In this document: positions 52,367 to 63,127 of the stretch, piece by piece | Layout: each line of letters begins with the position of its first letter | Position numbering within the stretch: position 1 is the stretch's first letter | Assembly (NCBI RefSeq): GCF_902713615.1 | Contig: NW_024056027.1 | Location: 124,001 to 188,000, forward strand | From: Scyliorhinus canicula | Taxonomy: Eukaryota | DNA: 64,000 nt | Direction: 5' to 3' | The notes under the pieces: generated by a model | Told to the model about the DNA's origin: nothing | The model's database searches: none | The model's input: only the letters and a program-made list of their open reading frames with translations | Position numbers and translations under genes: made by a program

Positions 52367-53733
52367 CATAAGAACATAAGAACATAAGAACTAGGAGCAG
52401 GAGTAGGCCATCTGGCCCCTCGAGCCTGCTCCGCCATTCAATTAGATCATGGCTGATCTTTTGTGGACTCAGCTCCACTTTCCGGCCCGAACACCATAAC
52501 CCTTAATCCCTTTATTCTTCAAAAAACTATCTATCTTTACCTTAAAAACATGTAATGAAGGAGCCTCAACTGCTTCACTGGGCAAGGAATTCCATAGATT
52601 CACAACCCTTTGGGTGAAGAAGTTCCTCCTAAACTCAGTCCTAAATCTACTTCCCCTTATTTGAGGCTATGCCCCTAGTTCTGCTGTCACCCGCCAGTGG
52701 AAACAACCTGCCCGCATCTATCCTATCTATTCCTTCATAATTTTAAATGTTTCTATAAGATCCCCCCTCATCCTTCTAAATTCCAACGAGTACAGTCCCA
52801 GTCTACTCAACCTCTCCTCATAATCCAACCCCTTCAGCTCTGGGATTAACCTAGTGAATCTCCTCTGCACACCCTCCAGCGCCAGTACGTCCTTTCTCAA
52901 GTAAGGAGACCAAAACTGAACACAATACTCCAGGTGTGGCCGCACTAACACCTTATACAATTGCAACATAACCTCCCTAGTCTTAAACTCCATCCCTCTA
53001 GCAATGAAGGACAAAATTCCATTTGCCTTCTTAATCACCTGTTGCACTTGTAAACCAACCTTCTGTGACTCATGCACTAGCACACCCAAGTCTCTCTGAA
53101 CAGCGGCATGCTTTAATATTTTATCGTTTAAATAATAATCCTGTTTGCTGTTATTCCTACCAAAATGGATAACCTCACATTTGTCAACATTGTATTCCAT
53201 CTGCCAGACCCGAGCCCATTCACTTAACCTATCCAAATCCCTCTGCAGACTTCCAGTATCCTCTGCACTTTTCGCTTTACCACTCATCTTAGTGTCATCT
53301 GCAAACTTGGACACATTGCCCTTGGTCCCCAACTCCAAATCATCTATGTAAATTGTGAACAATTGTGGGCCCAACACGGATCCCTGAGGGACACCACTAG
53401 CTACTGATTGCCAACCAGAGAAACACCCATTTATCCCACTCTTTGCTTTCTATTAATTAACCAATCCTCTATCCATGCTACTACTTTACCCTTAATGCCA
53501 TGCATCTTTATCTTATGCAGCAACCTTTTGTGTGGCACCTTGTCAAAGGCTTTCTGGAAATCCAGATATACCACATCCATCGGCTCCCCGTTATCTACTG
53601 CACTGGTAATGTCCTCAAAAAATTCCACTAAATTAGTTAGGCATGACCTGCCTTTTATGAACCCATGCTGCGTCTGCCCAATGGGACAATTTCTATCCAG
53701 ATGCCTCGCAATTTCTTCCTTGATGATAGATTC
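52367..53733 (-). mobile_element. CR1 LINE 3' fragment in the J-C intron, nested in another LINE
   Basis: RT ORFs 52727-53377 and 53431-53628 (frameshifted), with a (CATAAGAA)n tail. Confidence 0.93.
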
Positions 53734-54053
53734 TCAGGAGTGTGATGGAATGCTCTCCACTTGTCTGAATGAATACAGCTCCAACGACACTCAAAAACTC
53801 ACATCATCCAGGACAAAGTAGCCTTTGATTGGCACACCATCGACAACCACTCCCCTCCACCACTGAGGAACACTGGCAGCAGTGTCTAGCACCTACAACA
53901 TGCTCTGCAGGAACACGTCATGCCTCCTTAGGCAGCACCTTCAAAACTCACAACAGCACCATCTGTTCAAGGACAGCAGACACATGGGAACATCACCAAC
54001 TGGAATTTCTCCATCAGCCTCTCTCCATTGTGACCTCAAATATCACATTGTTT

Positions 54054-54386
54054 GGGCAGCACGGTAGCATGGTGGTTAGCATATGTGCTTAACAGCTCCA
54101 GGGTCCCAGGTTCGATTCCCAGCTGGGTCACTGTCTGTGCAGAGTCTGCATGTCCTCCCCGTACGTGCGTGGACTTCCTCCGGGTGCTCCGGTTTCCTCC
54201 CACAAACCAAAGATGTGCGAGTTAGGTGGATTGGCCATGCTAAATTGCCCCTAGTGTCCTAAAAAGTAAGGTTGGGGGGGGGGTTGTTGGGTATAGGGTG
54301 GATACGTGGGTTTGAGTAGGGTGATCATGGCTCGGCACAACATCGAGGGCTGAAGGGCCTGTTCTGTGCTGTACTGTTCTATGTTC
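54054..54386 (+). mobile_element. tRNA-derived SINE (shark HE1-like), full length
   Basis: A-box TAGCATGGTGG, B-box GGTTCGATTCC, core TTAGGTGGATTGGCCATGCTAAATTGCCCC and a CR1-like tail. Confidence 0.9.
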
Positions 54387-55125
54387 CTTCACTGTGGATG
54401 ATTCAAAATTCTGGAGCTGCCTCCCAAACACCACATGGACTGCAGTGGTTGAAGAATGAAGCTCACCACCACCTTCGCAAAGGCAATGAGTGATGGGAAA
54501 TAAATTCTGGCCCAGCCAGACTCCTACAGCACAAAATGAAGGACACACTCTGACACAATATGACAATAATTTTACCAGCCTGAAATTGCCATTTTCAAAA
54601 TGAAAATCTAATAAGTTGCAGGAATGTTCATTGTTCCAGTTCCGGATTGTTTTCTACAAAATGAAATCACACCGACATTAAAGCAGCTGCCCAGTGATCT
54701 ACACTGCTGTCTGACTGTACACAGCCCGTGTTACTGACAGTATTAAAGCAGCTGCCCAGTGATCTACACTGCTGTCTGACTTTACACAGCCGGTGTTACT
54801 GACAGTATTAAAGCAGCTGCCCAGTGACCTACACTGCTGTCTGACTTTACACAGCCGGTGTTACTGAAAGTATTAAAGCAGCTGCCCAGTGACCTACACT
54901 GCTGTCTGACTACACAGCCCGTGTTACTGACAGTATTAAAGCAGCTGCCCAGTGATCTACACTGCTGTCTGACTGCACACAGCCCGTGTTACTGACAGTA
55001 TTAAAGCAGCTGCCCAGTGATCTACACTGCTGTCTGACTGCACACAGCCGGTGTTACTGAAAGTATTAAAGCAGCTGCCCAGTGATCTACACTGCTGTCT
55101 GACTGTACACAGCCGATGTTACTGA

Positions 55126-55277
55126 ACACAGTAAGAAGTCTTACAACACCAGGTTAAAGTCCAACAGGTTTGTTTCAAACACGAGCTTTCGGAGCACGGC
55201 TCCTTCTTCAGGTGAATCTACACCTGAAGAAGGAGCCGTGCTCCGAAAGCTCGTGTTTGAAACAAACCTGTTGGACT
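55126..55277. mobile_element. Penelope pLTR hairpin inserted in the 65-bp array
   Basis: Perfect 57-bp inverted repeat 55158-55214 / 55221-55277 with a 6-nt loop AATCTA. Confidence 0.85.
55221..55255 (+). ncRNA. Minimal hammerhead ribozyme motif in IgM sense orientation (mirror at 55180-55214)
   Basis: Identical to the 2295-2329 motif; predicted cleavage after C55252. Confidence 0.68.
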
Positions 55278-55544
55278 GTACACAGCCAGTGTTACTGACA
55301 GTATTAAAGCAGCTGCCCAGTGATCTACACTGCTGTCTGACTATGCAGCCGGTGTTACTGAAAGCTGATCAATGTGGAGAATCAGGACAGGATCGATGGA
55401 GAGGAAGAGGAGGAGGTGGGGGTGGTGCAGCCGAATGGAGGAGCCCCCAGCTCGGCTGTGGACAACAGACAAGAGAAAGCTGAGCCTGAGCGGAATGCCA
55501 TCCAGAGAAACATCGCCCGGCTTGGCCCGGAGTACCTGAATGAT

Positions 55545-55760
55545 CACTCATTCACCCTCACCCACACTCACTCACCGTCACTCACACTCACGCACACTCA
55601 CTCACACTCACTCACCATCACACTCACCCACACTCACTCACACTCACTCACCATCACTCACACTCACTGACCGTCACTCACACTCACTCACACTCACTCA
55701 CACTCTCTCACTCACACTCACTCACCCCTGTTCACACTCACTCAGTCACGCATACACACT
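55545..55760 (+). repeat. (CACT)n-type simple repeat
   Basis: Runs of CACTCACACTCACT. Confidence 0.85.
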
Positions 55761-55984
55761 GACTGATTAACCCATTCTCATTTACCAACACTAAGTCACA
55801 ATCCCTCCCTCAATCATCCACCCTCATGCATCCATACCCACTAACCCACATTCATTCACACACCCACACTCACCTATGCACATCCTCAATCACCAACCCT
55901 CATTCCCTTACACTCACTCACTCACAGTAATCCATCCGAACTAACTCACCCTCCCTCACCCACCTTGTCGTCCACATTCACTTC

Positions 55985-57430
55985 CTCACCCTCACTCACC
56001 AACTCTCACCCAGCTTCACTCACCCACCCCCACTCACCAACCCTCACCCAGCTTCACTCACCCACCCTCACGAAACAACCCTCACCCAGCCTCACTCACC
56101 CACCCTCACTAACCAACCCTCATCCAGCCTCACTCACCCACCCTCACTAACTAACCCTCACCCAGCGTCACTCACCCACCCTCACTAACCAACCCTCACC
56201 CAGCCTCACTCACCCACCCTCACTAACCAACCCTCACCCACCCTCACTCACTCACCCCCACTAACCAACCCTCACCCAGCCTCACTCACCCACCCTCAGC
56301 CAGCCTCACTCACCCACCCTCACTAACCAACCCTCACCCAGCCTCACTCATCCACCCTCACTAACCAACCCTCACCCACCCTCACTAACCAACCCTCACC
56401 CAGCCTCACTAACCAACCCTCACCCAGCCTCACTAACCAACCCTCACCCAGCCTCACTAACCAACCCTCACTCACCCTCACTAACCAAACCTCACCCAGC
56501 CTCACTAACCAACCCTCACCCACCCTCACTCACCCTCACTAACCAACCCTCACCCATCCTCACTCACCCACCCTCACTAACCAACCCTCACACAGCCTCA
56601 CTCACCCACCCTCACTAACCAACCCTCACCCAGCCTCACTCACCCACCCTCACTAACCAACCCTCACCCAGCCTCACTCACCCACCCTCACTAACCAACC
56701 CTCACCCAGCCTCACTCACCCACCCTCACTAACCAACCCTCACCCAGCCTCACTCACCCACCCTCACTAACCAACCCTCACCCAGCCTCACTCACCCACC
56801 CTCACTAACCAACCCTCACCCAGCCTCACTCACCCACCGTCACAAACCAACCCTCACCCATCCTCACTCACTCACCCTCACTAACCAACCCTCATACAGC
56901 CTCACTCACCAACCCTCACCCACCCTCACTAACCAACCCTCACCCAGCCTCACTCACCCACCCTCACTAACCAACCCTCACCCAGCCTCACTCACCCTCA
57001 CTAACCAACCCTCACACAGCCTCACTAACCAACCCTCACCCACCCTCACTAACCAACCCTCACCCAGCCTCACTCACCCACCCTCACTAACCAACCCTCA
57101 CCCAGCCTCACTCACTCACCCTCACTAACCAACCCTCACACAGCCTCACTAACCAACCCTCACCCACCCTCACTCACCAACCCTCACCCAGCCTCACTCA
57201 CCAACCCTCACCCAGCCTCACTCACCCACCCTCACTAACGAACTCTCACCCACCCTCATTCAGCAACCCTCACCCAGCCTCACTCACCCACCCTCACTAA
57301 CCAACCCCTACCCAGCCTCACTCACCCACCCTCACTAACCAACCCTCACCCACCCCCACTCACCCACCCTCACTAACCAACCCTCACCCAGCCTCACTCA
57401 CCCACCCTCACTAAACACCTCTCACCCAGC
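55985..57430 (+). repeat. C/A-rich 38-bp minisatellite array
   Basis: Unit approx. CTCACCCAGCCTCACTCACCCACCCTCACTAACCAACC, several dozen copies with sub-unit shuffling. The top strand is almost G-free. Confidence 0.95.
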
Positions 57431-57542
57431 CTCATCTACCCTCCCTCACTCACCCACCATTACTCACGCAGCCACATTCATAAACCTCAGATCACCCAAA
57501 ATCTCACTCAACACCAAACCGCCCACTCATTTATTTACATGC

Positions 57543-57829
57543 TGTGGAGATGCTGGCGTTGGATTGGGTGAGCACAGTAAGAAATCTGACAACTCCAGGT
57601 TAAAGTCCAACAGGTTTGTTTGAAACACTAGCTTTCGTAGCACTGCTCCTTCCTCAGGTGAGTGAAGAGGTAGGTTCCAGAAATATATATACAGACAAAA
57701 CTCTATATGTATGTTTCTGGAACATATCTTTTCATTCACCTGAGGAAGGAGCAGTGCTCCGAAAGCTTGTGTTTGAAACAAACTTGTTGGACTTTAACCT
57801 GGTGTTGCAAGACTTCTTACTGTGCTCAC
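57543..57829. mobile_element. Penelope pLTR imperfect fold-back
   Basis: Inverted arms from 57568 to 57829, same family as 1896-2381. Confidence 0.82.
57737..57771 (+). ncRNA. Minimal hammerhead ribozyme motif in IgM sense orientation
   Basis: CAC-CUGAGGA-A-GGAGC(AGU)GCUCC-GAAA-GC-UU-GUG. The mirror copy at 57626-57660 has a stem II mismatch. Confidence 0.62.
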
Positions 57830-58267
57830 TTACTTTCAACCACCACCGTCGCCCATGCAGCCTCCCTCACTCACCAATCCATCCTCAATCATTTACAATC
57901 GCACGCCCATCCTCATGCTCCACACTCATACGCGCCCACCATTGTTCATGCACACACACTGACACACACAGCCACCCCCTTCTCACTCCCGCCCTAATTC
58001 ACACCCCTGCTCGCTCATCCTCATTCACTTGTCCCCTTGCTCACTAAATGGGGGGGAGTTAGTCTGCAACGAGAGAGGAAGAGAGAATTGCAGCGAAGCG
58101 TGAGAGCCAGTGTGCACGAACGTGGGTGCCTGGTAAGGGAGCAGTAAGACCCAGGAGAAAGAGAAGAGAGCTGGAGGGAAGCGTCAGGGTCGGGGGCTGG
58201 GAGAATTGTAAAGAGGCGTGGGAAAATATAGAGGGAGAGGAACATGTCAAAGAGTCATGGAATAGAA

Positions 58268-61200
58268 CAGAGAGCCCTGGAAAAGGTAGAGAGATGGGGA
58301 AATGTGCGGGAAGCCTCGGAAAAGGCAGAGAGCTGTGGAAACCTGCGGGGAGCCTGAGAAAATATAGAGAGTTGGGGAAAGGATAGGGAGCCTGGGAAAA
58401 GGCAGAGAGCCGGGGGAAAGCACAGGGAGCCTGGGAAAAGGCAGAGAGCCGGGGGAAAGCATAGGGAAGCTGGGAAAAGGTAGAGAGCTGGGGAAAAGCA
58501 CAGGGAGCCTGGGAAAATATAGAGAGCTGGGGAAAGGACAGGGAGCCTGGGAAAAGGCAGAGAGCCAGGGGAAAGCACAGGGAGCCTGGGAAAAGGCAGA
58601 GAGCCGGGAAAAAGCACAGGGAAGCTGGGAAAAGGTAGAGAGTTGGGGAAAAGCACAGGGAGACTGGGAAAAGGCAGCGATCTGGAGAAAGTACAGGGAG
58701 CCTGGGAAAAGGTAGAGGTTTGGGGGAAAGCGCATAAGCCTGGGAAAAGGTAGAAAGCTGGGAAAACGTGCAGGGAGCCTGGGAAAGGGTAGAAAGCTGG
58801 TGAAACGTGCGGGGAGCCTGGGAAAAGGTAGAGAGCTGGGGAAAAGCGCAGGGAGCCTGGGAAAAGGTAGAGAGCTGAGGGAAAGCACAGGAAGCCTGGA
58901 AAAGGTAGAGAGCTGGGGAAAAGTGCGGGGAGTCTGGGAAAAGGCAGTGAGCTGGGGAAAAGCGCAGGGAGTCTGGGAACAGGCAGAGAGCTGGGGAAGA
59001 GCACAGGAGCCTGGGAAAATGTATAGAGCTGTGGGAAAGCGCAGGGAGCCTGTGAAAAGGTAGAAAGCTGGGGGAAAGTGCGGGGAGTTTGGGAAAAGGC
59101 AGAGAGTTGGGGGAACGCGCAGGGAGTCTGGGAAAGGGCAGAGAGTTGGGGGAATAGGACAGGGAGCCTGGGAAACGTTTGAGAGCTGGAGGAAAGCAAA
59201 AGGAGTCCGGAAAATGCAGGACGCGGGGCGAAAGCTCAGGGAGCCTGGGAAAAGGCTGAGAGCTGGGGAAAAGCGCAGGGAGCCTGGGAAAAGGCTGAGA
59301 GCTGGGGAAAAGGGTAGGGGGACTGGGAAAGGCTGAGAGCTGGGGAAAAGCACAGGGAGACTAGGAAAATGCTGAGAGCTGGGGAAAAGCACAGGGAGAC
59401 TGGGAAAAGGCTGAGAGCTGGGGAAAAGCGCAGGGAGACTGGGAAAAGGTAGACAGCTGGGAAAAAGCGCAGGATGCCTGGGAAAAGGTCGAGAGCTGGG
59501 AAAAAGCACAGGATGCCTGGGAAAAGGTAGAGAGCTGGGGAAAATCACAGGAAGCCTGGGAAAAGGTAGAGAGCTGGGGAAAATGACAGGAAGCCTGGGA
59601 GACGATATGGAGATGGGGGAAAGCACAGGGAGGCTGGGAAAAGATAGAGCTGGAGAAAAGCGCAGGGAGACTGGGAAAAAGTATAGAGCTGGGGAAAAGT
59701 GCAAGGAGCCTGGGAAAAGAAGGAGCTGGGGAAAAGCGCAGGGAGACTGGGAAAAGATAGAGCTGGGGAAAAGCGCAGGGAGACTGGGAAAAGGTATAGA
59801 GCTGGGGAAAAGTGCAAAGAGCCTGGGAAAAGAAGGAGCTGGGGAAAAGCACAGGGAGACTGGGAAAATGCAGAGAGCTGGGGAAAAGTGCAGGGAGCCT
59901 GGGAAAAGGTAGACAGACGGGGAAAAGCACAGGGAGCCTGGGAAAATGTAGAGAGCTGGGGGGAAAGCGCAGGGAGCCTGGGAAAAGGTAGAGAGCTGGG
60001 GAAGAGCACAGGGAGGCTGGGAAAAGGTAGAGGGCTGGGGAAAAGCACAGGAAGCCTGGGAAAAGGTAGAGAGCTGGGAAAAAGCACAGGATGCCTGGGA
60101 AAAGGTAGAGAGCTGGGAAAAAGCACAGGATGCCTGGGAAAAGGTAGAGAGCTGGGGAAAATCACAGGAAGCCTGGGAGATGATATGGAGATGGGGGAAA
60201 GCACAGGGAGCCTGGGAAAAGATAGAGTTGGGGAAAAGCGCAGGGAGACTGGGAAAAGGTATAGAGCTGGGGTAAAGTGCAGGGAGCCTGGGAAAAGAAG
60301 GAGCTGGGGAAAAGCGCAGGGAGACTGGGAAAAAATAGAGCTGGGGAAAAGCGCAGGGAGACTGGGAAAAGGTAGAGAGCTGGGGAAAAATGCAGGAAGC
60401 CTGGGAAAAGAAGGAGCTGGGGAAAAGCGCAGGGAGACTGGGAAAATGCAGAGAGCTGGGGAAAAGTGCAGGGAGCCTGGGAAAAGGTAGAGAGCTGGGG
60501 GGAAAGCGCAGGGAGCCTTGGAAAGGATGGAGCTGGGGAAAAGCACAGGGAGGCTGGGAAAAGGCAGAGAGTTGGGGAAACGCACAGGGAGTCTGGGAAA
60601 GGGCAGAGAGTTGGGGGAAAGCGCAGGGGGTGTGGGAAAGGGCAGAGAGTTGGGGGAAAGCACAGGGAGCCTGGGAAACGGTAGAGAGCTGGGGAAAGCA
60701 CAGGGAGCCTGGGAAAAGGCTGAGAGCTGGGGAAAAGCACAGGAAGCCTGGGAAAAGGTAGAGAGCTGGGAAAAAGCACAGGATGCCTGGGAAAAGGTAG
60801 AGAGCTGGGAAAAAGCACAGGATGCCTGGGAAAAGGTAGAGAGCTGGGAAAAAGCACAGGGAGCCTGGGAACAGATAGAGCTGGGGAAAAGCGCAGGGAG
60901 ACTGGGAAAAGGTATAGGGCTGGGGTAAAGTGCAGGGAGCCTGGGAAAAGAAGGAGCTGGGGAAAAGCGCAGGGAGACTGGGAAAAAGTAGAGCTGGGGA
61001 AAAGCGCAGGGAGACTGGGAAAAGGTAGAGAGCTGGGGAAAAGTGCAGAAAGCCTGGGAAAAGAAGGAGCTGGGGAAAAGCGCAGGGAGACTGGGAAAAT
61101 GCAGAGAGCTGGGGAAAAGTGCAGGGAGCCTGGGAAAAGGTAGAGAGCTGGGGGGAAAGCGCAGGGAGCCTTGGAAAGGATGGAGCTGGGGAAAAGCACA

Positions 61201-61985
61201 GGGAGGCTGGGAAAAGGCAGAGAGTTGGGGAAAAGCACAGGGAGTCTGGGAAAGGGCAGAGAGTTGGGGGAAAGCGCAGGGGGTCTGGGAAAGGGCAGAG
61301 AGTTGGGGGAAAGCACAGGGAGCCTGGGAAAAGGTAGAGAGCTGGGGAAAGCACAGGGAGCCTGGGAAAAGGCTGAGAGCTGGGGAAAAGCACAGGGAGC
61401 CTGGGAAAAGGCTGAGAGCAGGGGGAAAGCACAGGGAGCCTGGGAAAAGGCTGAGAGCTGGGGAAAAGCGGAGGGAGACTGGGAAGGGCTGAGAGCTGGG
61501 GTAAAGCGCAGGGAGACTGGGAAAAGGCTGAGAGCTGGGGAAAAGCACAGGGAGACTGGGAAAAGGTAGAGTGCTGGGAAAAAGCACAGGATGCCTGGGA
61601 AAAGGTAGAGAGCTGGGAAAAAGCACAGGAAGCCTGGGAGACGATATGGAGCTGGGGAAAAGCGCAGAGAGACTGGGAAAAGGTATAGAGCTGGGGAAAA
61701 GTGCATGGAGCCTGGGAAAAGAAGGAGCTGGGGAAAAGCGCAGGGAGACTGGGAAAAGATAGAGCTGGGGGAAAGTGCAGGGAGCCTGGGAAAAGAAGGA
61801 GCTGGGGAAAAGCGCAGGGAGACTGGGAAAAGGTAGAGAGATGGGGAAAAGCACAGGGAGCCTGGGAAAAGGTAGAGAGCTGGGGGGAAAGCGCAGGGAG
61901 CCTGGGAAAAGATGGAGCTGGGGAAAAGCGCAGGGAGACTGGGAAAAGGCAGAGAGCTGGGGAAAAGCACGGGGAGCCTCGGAAT
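58268..61985 (+). repeat. G/A-rich 39-bp minisatellite array (switch-region-like), with degenerate units trailing to about 62460
   Basis: Consensus approx. GAGAGCTGGGGAAAAGCACAGGGAGCCTGGGAAAAGGTA, about 90-100 units with 35-39 bp variants. Higher-order duplications are visible (e.g. a 653-bp offset between ORFs 60466/61119 and 60518/61171). Confidence 0.95.
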
Positions 61986-63127
61986 GGGTAGCGAGCTGGC
62001 CGGGGTGTGGGGGGGGGGGGGGGGGGGGCACACGGAGCCTGGGAAATTGTATTAAGCTGGGTAAAGTATAGGGAGCCTGGGAAACGGTAGCGAGCTGGGG
62101 TGGGGGGGGGGGGGGGGGGACACATGGAGCCTGGGAAATGGCATAAAGCTGGGTTAAAGTATAGGGAGCCTGGGAAATACGAGAGCTGAGTAGTGAGCAG
62201 GTGAAATGGGCAGAGAGCTGAGCGCAGACAGGGGAGAGAATCTGCAGGAACACGGGGAAAAGTGGTAATTGATGGGCCAAAGCCAATAATCAGGGGGCAA
62301 AGTGCCATGTTCTGGGGAAAAGCACAAAGAGCAAGTGGAAAGTTCCAGAAGCTGAGGCAAAGAGCAAACAACCTGGAAAGGTGCAGCTGGGCAAATTACA
62401 GAAGTGGAGGAAAGATCAGAGAGCTGGGAAAAGCGCAGAGAGCTGGGAAAAGGACAGGAAGCTGGTTATCACGGATACATGGAATGCGGAGTCCATCCCA
62501 CAAACTGCTCCGCCATAATCATATTGAATGGTGCAGGAGACCTGAGGGACCGAATGGCCGCATCCCGCTTTTAATGTCCAGGGTCCTGTAATTGGAGAAT
62601 TTTGGAGTTACTTGCACATGTGCTCAAACGTAGAATTTTATAGTCATTATGTAAATACCTGGATGATTTTTCTGAAGCAAAGTCACGGGGAGTGGGGGTA
62701 GTGAGGTGGAGAGAGGGGGGACATCAGTCAGTTTGAACACAGGCAATTTCCAAACAGCAATGACCGAAATGAAGAGACAACTTCTTTATCACAAAGTGCT
62801 GTTGGTGGAAAAAACATTGGTGTCATAAATAATGGGGGAAACCCTCCGCTCTGCTCATTGAAAGGAATGAATGGTACATTTTCAGATGACACCATAATGC
62901 TAATTTCTGCAAGGTGTTAGAAATGGAGAAAGAGATGTGAGTTTCTAAAGAGGGAATAAACAAATGGTGATTCTCAAAAGTTCGAAGTAACAGAAGCTCA
63001 AGTATGGATGCAGTTTTAATGCGAACGGTTTATGATAAATTTGTAACTTTATCCAAATTCTAAGTTGTATGATATCTTAATGACAAATCCCAGAGTCTAA
63101 CTTGTTCAATTGGCCATTCTCTCCCAG

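Larger units (their letters stand above)
54678..55365 (+). repeat. 65-bp tandem array, 8 copies, interrupted by a Penelope-derived hairpin
   Basis: Unit TTAAAGCAGCTGCCCAGTGATCTACACTGCTGTCTGACTGTACACAGCCCGTGTTACTGACAGTA, starting at 54678, 54743, 54808, 54873, 54936, 55001, 55066 and 55304. Confidence 0.95.

Noticed and set aside
23242-54386. tRNA-like A/B boxes as tRNA genes
   Set aside because: They are SINE heads followed by the family core and tail, with no complete cloverleaf.
58247-62371. Very long minus-strand ORFs (1374, 913, 623 aa) and many plus-strand ORFs
   Set aside because: They are artefacts of the 39-bp repeat: the unit is a multiple of 3 and is nearly devoid of the triplets that make stops on the minus strand. 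The peptides are 13-residue periodic and antisense to IgM.
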